A stretch of DNA of 64,000 nt, from assembly GCA_904387305.1 (NCBI GenBank), contig CAJFLB010000011.1, positions 10,156 through 74,155 on the forward strand, given 5' to 3'. Under the pieces are notes generated by a model. It saw only the letters and a program-made list of their open reading frames with translations. It had not been told where the DNA came from and searched no databases. Origin of the DNA: an uncultured Clostridia bacterium (GTDB lineage: Bacteria > Bacillota > Clostridia > TANB77 > CAG-508). Of the stretch, positions 45,294-55,056 are shown piece by piece (the first letter of the stretch is position 1; every line of letters begins with the position of its first letter). The position numbers and the translations under genes are program-made.

Positions 45294-46640
45294 CTAATAA
45301 TATATTTCGATTTGTTGAGAAAAATATTTTTCGTTTTTAGTAGTATGTAAGTTTAAATTTTTACTTTTATTTAAAATTTTTCTGACTTCCCATAAACCTA
45401 ATCCAGTATGATTTTCTTTTCCAGTAAAACCTTTATTGAATATTTTTTCAGTATCGACATTTTTATCTTTATATGTGTTTTCTACGATGATGAGTTGTCT
45501 ATGATTTTTGGCGTCATCTCTAAAAATGATATTCACTAGTTTTTCTTTGCATTCACTACTTGCATCTATAGCATTATCTAAAAGAATACCTAAAACTCTG
45601 GTAAATTCATAAATCTTCATATTTAATTTGCTCAAATCAAGTAAAAGTGACATATTGACCTTTATTCCTTTTTCTTCAGCTTCATGATATTTTGTAGTTA
45701 ATAAACTATATACACCAGGATTATTAATTAGTTTAGGGTTTAGAACATATAAATTGTTTACTTTTTGACAATCATCTTCAAGTTGCACATAATATTTTTT
45801 TAATCCTTCTATATCATTGGTTTTTACATATCCACCAATAGTTGTTACAATATTATCAAAGTCGTGTTTAAAACCTCTTACGTTATCATGTAAAATACTT
45901 AACGTTTTATTATATTCTTCTGCATTTTGTAATTTTTGTGTTGTAGAAGCTAATTTCATGACTCTTGTTAGGCTATAGATACTTATTGCAAAATATGCTA
46001 ACATAGATAAGAAACTTAAAAAGGTTATAATCAAAGGAAGATTATCTATATAGTAAACAGTAATAACAGCTTCTATTAAAAGAGTGAATATACCAAATAT
46101 TAAATTAGCATAAATTATCTTTTTATTTTTTTTGTCAATTTCATCAAAGATTTTTAGAGAAAGATGTTTTTTTCTGAAAAATATATAAATTGCAAAAGCA
46201 ATGATGTATTGTAAAAAGACATAGGTTATTCTATATAAAGGTATTGTTGATAAAGAATCAAAAGAAATATTTGCTATAGCAAGATATGGATTCATTATAA
46301 ACATACCTATTAAGGCAAAAATTATGATTGGAATAATAAAAGCTATTATAGTTTTAAATACATTAGTTTTGAAAAGTAAGTGTATAAAGATAATCATAAA
46401 AGTATAATTAATAATTAAATTGAAAGGACTAGTTAGTAGAAAATTGCTCAAGATACTAATGATACTGATTACAGATATATACAATATTTTATTTTTATAA
46501 TTAGACTTAATGTCTAGAATAGATATAAAAAGAAACATGAGTAAAGTAGTTTCTATTATCGTAAACGGTATAGATAATATATTTATCAAGCATTCATTAG
46601 GCGTAGTTAACGCATTCCATATATTATTCAATAATTCCAT
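45294..46640 (-). CDS. agrC: AgrC-like sensor histidine kinase (HPK10, polytopic sensor plus GHKL ATPase)
   Basis: Six or seven TM helices. H-box region RGFKHDFDNIVTTIGGY. ATPase region LGILLDNAIDA ... GFTGKENHTGLGLWEV. Confidence 0.8.
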   Translation of the reverse strand: MELLNNIWNALTTPNECLINILSIPFTIIETTLLMFLFISILDIKSNYKNKILYISVISIISILSNFLLTSPFNLIINYTFMIIFIHLLFKTNVFKTIIAFIIPIIIFALIGMFIMNPYLAIANISFDSLSTIPLYRITYVFLQYIIAFAIYIFFRKKHLSLKIFDEIDKKNKKIIYANLIFGIFTLLIEAVITVYYIDNLPLIITFLSFLSMLAYFAISIYSLTRVMKLASTTQKLQNAEEYNKTLSILHDNVRGFKHDFDNIVTTIGGYVKTNDIEGLKKYYVQLEDDCQKVNNLYVLNPKLINNPGVYSLLTTKYHEAEEKGIKVNMSLLLDLSKLNMKIYEFTRVLGILLDNAIDASSECKEKLVNIIFRDDAKNHRQLIIVENTYKDKNVDTEKIFNKGFTGKENHTGLGLWEVRKILNKSKNLNLHTTKNEKYFSQQIEIYY

Positions 46641-47340
46641 GATTTTTTATAACCTCCATAAATTCCTTTTTATATTTAGGTCCAATACTACAAAATGTAT
46701 CATTATTAAAATACACAGTTAAAGCAACAGGATCCACATTTTTAATATTGTTTAAATTAACAATATAGGATTTGTGACATCTTACAAAATTATCAGGTAA
46801 CTTATCCTGAATTTTATTAAAAGAACTATAAGACTCATAATCACGAGAAGAGGTATGAAAATTTAATTTCATACCATCTCTTTTAATATATTGAATTTGC
46901 GTTTCATCTACAAGTGTGTTTTTATTATCAATTTTAATATATTTCTTTGGTAATCCATAAACATCATCGAAAAGCCTTTTTACTGTATCTTCTAATCTTT
47001 CATAAGTAATAGGCTTAGCTAAATAATCAAATGTTTTATATTTATAAGCCATCATAGCATATTCTAAATGACCCGTTGTAAATATAAGATAAACATCTTT
47101 ATTTTTCTTTCTAATTTCTTCAGCCAAATCTAAACCAGTTTTTTGAGATTTTAAATTAATATCTAAAAGTAAAACATCGATTTGATTTTCATTGTCAAAA
47201 CAAGCCAATAAATCTTCAAAGTTATTAAATTTGAAAGATACTTGACCTTCAAGATTATTTTTTGTAAATATATTTTCTAAAAGTTTTTCTAATCTATCTA
47301 AAATATTCACATTATCATCACAAATGACAAAATTTAACAT
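46624..47340 (-). CDS. agrA: LytTR-family response regulator (AgrA-like)
   Basis: Receiver domain (ICDDN ... LLDINL), and a LytTR domain ending FVRCHKSYIVNLNNI. Overlaps the kinase start. Confidence 0.85.
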   Translation of the reverse strand: MLNFVICDDNVNILDRLEKLLENIFTKNNLEGQVSFKFNNFEDLLACFDNENQIDVLLLDINLKSQKTGLDLAEEIRKKNKDVYLIFTTGHLEYAMMAYKYKTFDYLAKPITYERLEDTVKRLFDDVYGLPKKYIKIDNKNTLVDETQIQYIKRDGMKLNFHTSSRDYESYSSFNKIQDKLPDNFVRCHKSYIVNLNNIKNVDPVALTVYFNNDTFCSIGPKYKKEFMEVIKNHGIIE

Positions 47341-47703
47341 ATAGTATATCCTCCTTTTATTCGATAAAAAATAAGATGTTTTGACAACAAAAAAATAATT
47401 ACCTTATTTTTCCAGTAACAACAACAATATATTCTAAAAAAATCATCTTGTCAATACTCTTATAATAATTTTATATTGCAGATAAAAGCGTTAATACCAG
47501 TGGAAAGTGAAAGAGGAATGAAAAAGGTGATAAAAAATGAATTTACAGTAATTAGGAAATTTGATTTGGATGCACTATAAATATGAAACAAAATTTTAAA
47601 ATTTAATTTCATATTTATATTTTATAACAGACCTTGATGGCAAAGGAATAATTTAAAATATCATTCATACAATTAAACAAAAGAAAATAAGAGGAGGAAC
47701 ATA

Positions 47704-48522
47704 ATGCGTAATATGATAAAAAAACAACCAGTTAGAAATATAATGATAATGGTATTGCTTATAGCAATACTATCATTCACGATTATACAAAATCAGCAAG
47801 AAAAGCTTATAAATACGAATGTAGGCACAGTAAACACTAAAAAAATAGAATGGGGAATAAAAAGAAATGATAACCATGAACAACCAGATGTTGGAAGTGA
47901 AAATCGAAAAGTATTAGAAGAAAATAATGGAATAGCTTTAGGAAATAGTGAATCAAAAGCAATTTATTTGACATTTGATGAAGGATATGAAGCAGGTTAT
48001 ACGAGTCAAATCTTAGAGACACTAAAAGAGAATGATGTAAAGGCAACCTTTTTTCTAACAGCACATTATATTAATACACAAGAAGAATTAGTAAAACAAA
48101 TGATTGATGAAGGACATATCATAGGAAATCATACAGTCAATCATAAAAGCATGCCAAGTTTAACAGCAGAAGAAATAAAAAAAGAAGTAATGGATTTACA
48201 CCAAAGTGTATATGAAAAATTTGGATATGAAATGAAATATATAAGACCACCAAAAGGAGAGTTTAGTGAAAAAACACTACAAGTGACAAATTCATTAGGA
48301 TATAAAACTGTTATGTGGTCATTTGCTTATGAAGATTGGAATGAAGAAAAACAACCAGATGAAGAAAAAGCAAAAGAAAAGATATTAAAAAATCTTCATA
48401 ATGGAGAAATTATGCTATTACATGGAAATTCAAAAACAAATACAGATATTTTAGACAGTGTCATAAAAGAAGCAAAGAATATGGGATATGAATTCAAATC
48501 ATTAGATGAATTTGAAATGTGA
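47704..48522 (+). CDS. pdaA: polysaccharide deacetylase, PdaA-like (delta-lactam-biosynthetic de-N-acetylase)
   Basis: NodB motifs YLTFDEGYE and IIGNHTVNHKSM, LLH near the C-terminus. N-terminal TM/signal. Confidence 0.8.
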   Translation: MRNMIKKQPVRNIMIMVLLIAILSFTIIQNQQEKLINTNVGTVNTKKIEWGIKRNDNHEQPDVGSENRKVLEENNGIALGNSESKAIYLTFDEGYEAGYTSQILETLKENDVKATFFLTAHYINTQEELVKQMIDEGHIIGNHTVNHKSMPSLTAEEIKKEVMDLHQSVYEKFGYEMKYIRPPKGEFSEKTLQVTNSLGYKTVMWSFAYEDWNEEKQPDEEKAKEKILKNLHNGEIMLLHGNSKTNTDILDSVIKEAKNMGYEFKSLDEFEM

Positions 48523-48580
48523 TGGGTCCAAATGGACCTGGTCCCAATGGTCCCAATTTTAGAAAGGACAGATCATAAAC

Positions 48581-48859
48581 ATGAAAAAAAATAGAATGCG
48601 TAAATTAAATAAAATATTGGAAATTCCAGAAGAGGTGTATTCTGATGTTCCTAAAATTTCTCTAATAGGGTTTGACGAAATGATTATAGAAAATTATAAA
48701 GGAATTTTAGAATATGAGGAATTTTTTATAAGAATTAGTACATATAAGGGATTAATTAGTATTAATGGATATAATCTAAAGTTAGAGACTATGACTAATG
48801 ATGATATACGTGTAACAGGAAAAATTGAGAGTTTTGATTTTGAAAGAATAACAGATTAG
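48581..48859 (+). CDS. yqfC: sporulation protein YqfC
   Basis: LEIPEEVYSDVPKISLIGFDEMIIENYKGILEYEEFFIRIST..GLISINGYNLKLETM matches the YqfC/YabP fold pattern, and yqfD follows. Confidence 0.8.
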   Translation: MKKNRMRKLNKILEIPEEVYSDVPKISLIGFDEMIIENYKGILEYEEFFIRISTYKGLISINGYNLKLETMTNDDIRVTGKIESFDFERITD

Positions 48860-48875
48860 ATATAAGGAGAGATAC

Positions 48876-50060
48876 ATGATTATAAAAAAAATCATAAATT
48901 ATATATATGGATATTTAAGAATTGTCGTAGAAGGCTATTATATTGAAAGATTTATTAATATTTGTAGAAATCGAAATTATATGATGTGGAATATAAAAAA
49001 AGTAAATGATATAAACATAGCATTAAATATAGAAATAAAACATTTTAGAGAAATTTGTAAAATTGCGAAAAACACACAAAGTAAGATATCCATTAAATCC
49101 AAAAAAGGATTACCTTTCCTTATTAATAAATATAAGAAGAGAAAATTGTTTGCTCTATTTTTAATTTTGGTTCTTGGTATCATCTTTTTAAGCTCGAATT
49201 TTGTATGGAATATAGAAATCATAGAAGAAAATGGATTGGCAATTGAAAACATTATGGAAGATATTCAAGAAGCAGGACTAAAAATTGGAACATTAAAAAA
49301 CGACATAGACACAAAGGAAATTATTAATAAAGTAAGATTAGAAAGAGACGATATTGCATGGATAGGAATTGAATTAAAAGGAACCAATGCAATCGTTAGA
49401 TTAGTTAAAGCGGACGAAAAACCAGAAATTGTAGATGAAGATGAATACTGTAATATTGTTTCAAATAAAAATGGTGTCATTACCAAAATAAATGCACAAG
49501 ATGGAACAGCAAATGTAAAAGTAGGAGATACGGTAAGTGTTGGAGATGTATTAATTAATGGATGGATGGAAGGAAAATATACAGGAATTCGATATGTTCA
49601 TGCAAAAGGAGAAATAGAAGCAAGAGTTTGGTATACCATGAACAAGACAATTGAGTATAAAGCTACGGAAAAACAGTATACAGGAGATGTTGAAACAAAT
49701 TATGGAATAAAAATGAATAATTTTAAAATAAATTTTCCGAAAGGGGTTTCAAAATTTGAATTTTATGATACAATAGAGAATGAAAATAAAATTAAGTTAT
49801 TTTCTAACTTCTATTTGCCCATTTCCGTAGTAAAAACGACGTATCAACAATATGAAGAAATAGAAAAGACATATTCTGTTGAGGAAGCAAAAAATTTAGG
49901 TATACAAGAAATAGAAAAGGAATTGGAAAGCCAAATAGAAAATAAAGAAAACATTGTAAATAAAAATATAAATACTTATGAACATGAAAATAGTATTGAT
50001 ATTTATGTTACATATGAAGTGCTGGAGACGATAGGGACAAATGAAAAAATTGTGTTTTGA
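48876..50060 (+). CDS. yqfD: sporulation protein YqfD (stage IV)
   Basis: GYLRIVVEGYYIERFINICRNRN, central TM, correct size (394 aa) and synteny. Confidence 0.8.
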   Translation: MIIKKIINYIYGYLRIVVEGYYIERFINICRNRNYMMWNIKKVNDINIALNIEIKHFREICKIAKNTQSKISIKSKKGLPFLINKYKKRKLFALFLILVLGIIFLSSNFVWNIEIIEENGLAIENIMEDIQEAGLKIGTLKNDIDTKEIINKVRLERDDIAWIGIELKGTNAIVRLVKADEKPEIVDEDEYCNIVSNKNGVITKINAQDGTANVKVGDTVSVGDVLINGWMEGKYTGIRYVHAKGEIEARVWYTMNKTIEYKATEKQYTGDVETNYGIKMNNFKINFPKGVSKFEFYDTIENENKIKLFSNFYLPISVVKTTYQQYEEIEKTYSVEEAKNLGIQEIEKELESQIENKENIVNKNINTYEHENSIDIYVTYEVLETIGTNEKIVF

Positions 50061-50073
50061 AGGGATGATATAA

Positions 50074-51288
50074 ATGGAAGAAAAAAGTTTGAGAATCACA
50101 GGAACAGATAAAACATTTTTTAACAAAATTACAAAAACATTAACCAAAATGTTAATACCAACAAAAATTGGAATTAACGGCATGCTAATTTCAATAAAAA
50201 GAAATAGCTTATTAAAAGCGTTTGAAATATATGAAAATACTGGTGAAAATTATAACCAAAAAGAAGATGAAGAGAAATATGATGCAGCATATGAAAGTTA
50301 TTTAGAAGCATTAGATAAATATGTTATGGATTCTATATATAAAAAAGTAAAAAATAATACTGCATCAGATTTTGAAAAAGAAGCACTATCTAAATATTAT
50401 GAAGTAACCAGTTTAAAAGAAAATGAATATGTAGAATATAAACATAGAAAACAAAAATATTTATTAGAACTAGATAATGAAGGAGTTCAGCTATCTGGAA
50501 AAGAAAAATTAGTTGAAAGATATAATCAATTTTATGTTTCAAAAATGGATATGTTGTATAAAGGAATTTTAAAGAATTATTCAATAAAATTAGCAGATAC
50601 GATGAATACTTATGAGGCTTCAAAAGAATGGATATATACAAAAATATTCTATACATTAGAAGAATATATACAAAATATTCTGGCATTAAAAATAAGAATT
50701 GGAAATGATACGATTGCAAAAGATGTGATAAAAGAATATGAAAATTATGAAACATATACAGTAGGAAAATTAGACACAAAAGATAATATAGAGAAAAATG
50801 TATTATTATTAAGTATTAGTAGAAAATTGTTTACCCATAGTTTGCCATTAATTGTTGCAATACAATGTTATGAAAAAGTTTTAAAAGATGCAAGAATTTT
50901 AGTTCAAGACACAAAAATAGCTACAAAGAGAGAAAGAGCATATGGTATGTTAATTAATCTATTTGAAGACTATAACGTAAAATTATTATCTACAAAAGTA
51001 TATTGGGAAAATCCAAAAGATAGAGAAGAATTTAAAACTTTCTGGAATCAATATAAAGAAATATGTAAATTAAAAGAAACTAACTTTATTGAATATGTAA
51101 GACAAAAAGAAGTTTTATTTATCAAAAATGATATGAAAAAACTAAAAGAAGGCAATACAAAAACAGATTATAGTAAATTGATTACCTATTATAAAAGAAA
51201 ATTAATTGACTATGGTGCATTGAGAGAACTAAAAAATGCATATATATCAGAAGGAAAATATACAAAAAAATTAAAGGAAGTTGCATAG
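50074..51288 (+). CDS. hypothetical Lys/Tyr-rich protein (404 aa)
   Basis: Tightly packed between yqfD and ybeY (the ybeY ATG directly follows its stop). No recognisable motif. Confidence 0.5.
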   Translation: MEEKSLRITGTDKTFFNKITKTLTKMLIPTKIGINGMLISIKRNSLLKAFEIYENTGENYNQKEDEEKYDAAYESYLEALDKYVMDSIYKKVKNNTASDFEKEALSKYYEVTSLKENEYVEYKHRKQKYLLELDNEGVQLSGKEKLVERYNQFYVSKMDMLYKGILKNYSIKLADTMNTYEASKEWIYTKIFYTLEEYIQNILALKIRIGNDTIAKDVIKEYENYETYTVGKLDTKDNIEKNVLLLSISRKLFTHSLPLIVAIQCYEKVLKDARILVQDTKIATKRERAYGMLINLFEDYNVKLLSTKVYWENPKDREEFKTFWNQYKEICKLKETNFIEYVRQKEVLFIKNDMKKLKEGNTKTDYSKLITYYKRKLIDYGALRELKNAYISEGKYTKKLKEVA

Positions 51289-51765
51289 ATGGAAACATAT
51301 GAAATTATATATAAAGATATTGAAAAAGTAGAAAAGTGGGAAAATATTGTAAAAAAAGTTTTTGAAAAATGCTTTGAAGAAGAAGGATTGCAAGATTCGA
51401 AATTATATATAACTGTAACCTTTACAAATCCTGAAAATATACAAAGTATAAATAAAGAATATAGGAATATAGATAGACCAACAGATGTACTTTCATTTCC
51501 TATGTTTGAAAAAGAGGAATTAAATAAAAAAATACAAGAAAAAGAGTTTCAATATCAAGACATATTAGGAGATATTGTCATCTCTATACCAAAAGTAGAA
51601 GAGCAAGCAAAAGAATATGGACATAGTTTTGAAAGAGAATTAAGTTATATGTTGGTTCATGGATTTTATCATTTAATGGGATATGATCATATGGAAGAAG
51701 AAGATAAAAAAGAAATGCGCACAAAAGAAGAAAAAGTATTAGAAACATTGAATATATTGAGATAA
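51289..51765 (+). CDS. ybeY: rRNA maturation RNase YbeY
   Basis: Zn-binding motif HGFYHLMGYDH. DVLSFP upstream. Confidence 0.9.
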   Translation: METYEIIYKDIEKVEKWENIVKKVFEKCFEEEGLQDSKLYITVTFTNPENIQSINKEYRNIDRPTDVLSFPMFEKEELNKKIQEKEFQYQDILGDIVISIPKVEEQAKEYGHSFERELSYMLVHGFYHLMGYDHMEEEDKKEMRTKEEKVLETLNILR

Positions 51766-51788
51766 AAGAAAATAAGAAGGGAGAACAA

Positions 51789-52871
51789 ATGGAAAAAGGT
51801 GGAGTAAAAGTTTTAATTGCCATATTAGTTATTTTAATTATTGTAGCCGGTGGGGTATTAGCATATAAAATTACAAAAGATAAAAATAATACAGAAACGA
51901 TATCTGGTGAAGAAAATAAGGAAACGGTGGTAGCAGAAGAAGAGGAAAAAACTGTACAAATTTTTAGTGGAAATGATAGACCAATTGCAGTTATGATTGA
52001 TAATCACAGTGATGCTTGGCCACAAGCAGGATTAAATCAAGCATATATGGTATATGAAATCATTGTTGAAGGTGGAGAAACCAGATTAATGGCTTTATTT
52101 AAAGGTGCTGATTTAGATAAAATAGGACCAGTGAGAAGTGCCAGACATTATTTCATAGATTATGCAATGGAAAATGATGCAATATATGTACATTTTGGAC
52201 AAAGCCCACAAGCACAAAGTGATATTAAAAAATATGATATAGATGATATCAATGGTATAGCAGAAGATGGAACAACTTTCTGGAGAGTAAAAGATAAATA
52301 TGCACCACATAATGCAGTAACAAGTACAGAAAAATTATTAGAATCTGCAAAGAGCAAAAATTATAGAACAACATCTACTGAAGAAAGTGTGTTAAACTAT
52401 GTAACAGATGAAGTAAATTTAGAAGAGGGGCAAGTAGCAGATGCAGTTACAATACCACATTCAGATTTACAGACTGTAAGATATGAATATGATAAAGAAA
52501 ATAAAGTATATGTAAGATATGCAAGAGGAGAAGAACAAACAGATTGGGATACAGAAGAGCCTGTTACAACTAAAAATATTATCATTACTTTTTGTAATAA
52601 TTATACTTTATCAGATTCAGAAAACAAAGGTAGACAAGGTTTAAAAAATATAGGAACTTTTGATGGATATTATATTACAAATGGAAGAGCAATCCAAATT
52701 CAATGTATTAAAAATTCAAGAGAGGAAAAAACAATTTATCAAGATATGAATGGAAATGAAATTCAAGTAAATGATGGAAATACATTTGTAAATATATGTC
52801 CGACAAATGCGAATGTAGAAATTGAAGGAACAGAAGAAGTAACAGAAATAACCAATACAGTAAGTGAATAG
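51789..52871 (+). CDS. DUF3048 domain protein (YerB-like)
   Basis: RPIAVMIDNHSDAWPQAGLNQAYMVYEIIVEGGETRLMALF is the hallmark DUF3048 N-terminal block. N-terminal TM. Confidence 0.75.
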   Translation: MEKGGVKVLIAILVILIIVAGGVLAYKITKDKNNTETISGEENKETVVAEEEEKTVQIFSGNDRPIAVMIDNHSDAWPQAGLNQAYMVYEIIVEGGETRLMALFKGADLDKIGPVRSARHYFIDYAMENDAIYVHFGQSPQAQSDIKKYDIDDINGIAEDGTTFWRVKDKYAPHNAVTSTEKLLESAKSKNYRTTSTEESVLNYVTDEVNLEEGQVADAVTIPHSDLQTVRYEYDKENKVYVRYARGEEQTDWDTEEPVTTKNIIITFCNNYTLSDSENKGRQGLKNIGTFDGYYITNGRAIQIQCIKNSREEKTIYQDMNGNEIQVNDGNTFVNICPTNANVEIEGTEEVTEITNTVSE

Positions 52872-52888
52872 AAAGAAAGGACGTATGA

Positions 52889-53224
52889 ATGATGAATGTA
52901 TATGACACAGCCAATAGGTTAGCAGCAGAAATAAGACAATCAGAAGAATATGTGAATTATAAAATGGCAAGAGAAGCATTGGCTTTAAATCTTGACCTAA
53001 AAAAGAAGATAAGTGAATTTGAAGGAGCAAGGTATGATGCACAATTAACACAAATGCAAACAGGAAAAGAAGATATAGATAAAACAAATAAAATGAAGGA
53101 ATTATATGCAGAATTGATACAAATAGATGATGCAAAAAAATATTTTGATGCTGAAATGAAATTTAATATTTTATTGACAGATGTCAATAAAATTATTGGT
53201 GAAGCAGTAAGAGATGTTATGTAA
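52889..53224 (+). CDS. ylbF: YlbF/YmcA-family regulatory protein (UPF0342)
   Basis: VYDTANRLAAEIRQSEEYVNYKMAREAL ... typical YlbF helical pattern. Confidence 0.7.
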   Translation: MMNVYDTANRLAAEIRQSEEYVNYKMAREALALNLDLKKKISEFEGARYDAQLTQMQTGKEDIDKTNKMKELYAELIQIDDAKKYFDAEMKFNILLTDVNKIIGEAVRDVM

Positions 53225-53410
53225 TACAATATATTTAATATAATACATGGATATATAAGTTTAAAGCAAAGCTAATGTATGTAAGATGATATAAAATCTT
53301 ATATGTATTAGCTTTGTTTGAAATTAGAATAGTATATAATTCTGATAGTACATGTTTTTTTAAAGAAAAATTAACTTAAAGTCATGTATATAGAAGGGAA
53401 TGAATAAAAA

Positions 53411-54100
53411 ATGGAATTTGGAATCATTATTATTTTTTTAATTTGTATAATAGTTATTTTAAGAATCTTGTTTGGAAGTAGCAAAAAACAAATCGAGGAA
53501 ATTGCTAAAAATGAAACACTAGATGAGTTGGCAGAAAAATATCCAAGTAATGTAGAAATGTGTAAAGAATATTTAAAAATGTTACATAATGAAACAGTTA
53601 TCGTTGAAGAAGATAAAAATGCAACTAATTCACTATATATTGCAATATCTAATAAAATTATGATTGCAGATGTGAGGGGAAGTTTTACAAGAATACAAAC
53701 TATTGCACATGAATGTTTACATTCTATTCAGAATAGAAAAATATTAATATTTAATTTTATATATTCTAACATATATATCTTATATTTTATTATCATATCT
53801 ATCTTGAAACTATTTAACATACTTCCATATGAAATGATGTTTTTAGCAATTTTAATTATGGGAGGATTTATTTATTATTTTGTCAGAAGTTATTTAGAAA
53901 ATGATGCAATGATAAAAGCAAGATTTTTGGCTAAAGAATATATGGAAGACAAAAAAATATTTTCACAAGAAGAAATTAATAAAATTGTACATCATTTTGA
54001 TAAACTAAATGATATAGGCATAAGGTGTGTGAATTATACATTACTACTTAATATTGTTATTGAAATCCTTATTTTTTGTGTTATATGTATGATAAGATAA
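53411..54100 (+). CDS. membrane protein with an HExxH motif (putative Zn-metallopeptidase-like)
   Basis: IAHECLHSIQ between an N-terminal TM helix and several C-terminal TM helices. Confidence 0.4.
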   Translation: MEFGIIIIFLICIIVILRILFGSSKKQIEEIAKNETLDELAEKYPSNVEMCKEYLKMLHNETVIVEEDKNATNSLYIAISNKIMIADVRGSFTRIQTIAHECLHSIQNRKILIFNFIYSNIYILYFIIISILKLFNILPYEMMFLAILIMGGFIYYFVRSYLENDAMIKARFLAKEYMEDKKIFSQEEINKIVHHFDKLNDIGIRCVNYTLLLNIVIEILIFCVICMIR

Positions 54101-54134
54101 ATCTTGTTTATATTTAGCTTATGTGCAAGTCATA

Positions 54135-54301
54135 GTGATTCATAAACGATTTATTACTCGGCTCAATACAAGCATACAGAAAATCTAATTTTAAATAAAT
54201 GACACTCCCCAAAAGGATTTGGGTTCCTTCATTTATTTAAAATAAAATTTTCTAGTATGCTTTCCAATCACATTCGTAACAGATAGTTTATAAATCATAA
54301 C
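54135..54301. repeat. family C long imperfect palindrome, copy 1
   Basis: Left arm gtgattcataaacgatttattactcggctcaatacaagcatacagaaaatctaattttaaataaatga. Right arm tcatttatttaaaataaaattttctagtatgctttccaatcacattcgtaacagatagtttataaatcataac. Confidence 0.7.
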
Positions 54302-54434
54302 AACTTCTACAAGGAATGGTCCAAAACGAAATGTTTGAACAAGTAGTATAAAACCATAAAAAAATATTGCAATATTCAGTGTTTACATATATAATATAAA
54401 CATTGATATATCATGTTGAAAGGATGTTTAGAAA

Positions 54435-55004
54435 ATGAATAAAACAAAAAGAAAAATTTTTGAAACATCAATGAAATTGTTTGCTGAAAAGGGATATGAT
54501 GCTACAAGTATTGAAGAAATTACCGCAACAGTAGGTGTAGCAAAAGGAACTTTGTACTATCATTTTTCAAGTAAAGAAGAAATTTTTAATTTCTTAATTG
54601 AAGAAGGTATGAAACTATTACAAAATAGTATTGATATAAAAACAGCGAAATATGATAATTACATAGACAAGCTAAAAGCGATAGTTTTAATACAAATTAA
54701 GATTGTTATGAAATATGAAGATTTAATCACGATTCTACTAAGTCAATTTTGGGGAAATGAAGCAAGAAATCAAAAGTGTAAAAAACATGTTTATGATTAT
54801 ATCAATAAAATTGAAGAAATTGTCAAAGAAGGAATCGATAAAAAGCAAATAAAAAAAGGAAATCCAAAAGTTATTGCGTCTGAGATATATGGATTAATTT
54901 GTTCAACATTGGTATATAAATTGAGAAATGAAAAAGAAATTGATATTATGAAATTGTACAAGGATTTTGAAAATACAGTTATTGAAGGATTGATTGAAAA
55001 ATAA
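54435..55004 (+). CDS. TetR/AcrR-family transcriptional regulator
   Basis: KIFETSMKLFAEKGYDATSIEEITATVGVAKGTLYYHFSSKEEI. Confidence 0.9.
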   Translation: MNKTKRKIFETSMKLFAEKGYDATSIEEITATVGVAKGTLYYHFSSKEEIFNFLIEEGMKLLQNSIDIKTAKYDNYIDKLKAIVLIQIKIVMKYEDLITILLSQFWGNEARNQKCKKHVYDYINKIEEIVKEGIDKKQIKKGNPKVIASEIYGLICSTLVYKLRNEKEIDIMKLYKDFENTVIEGLIEK

Positions 55005-55056
55005 TGAACAGTTGAAAATAGTGAACGAATTTTCAACCAAGGAAAGGGGTTAAAAC

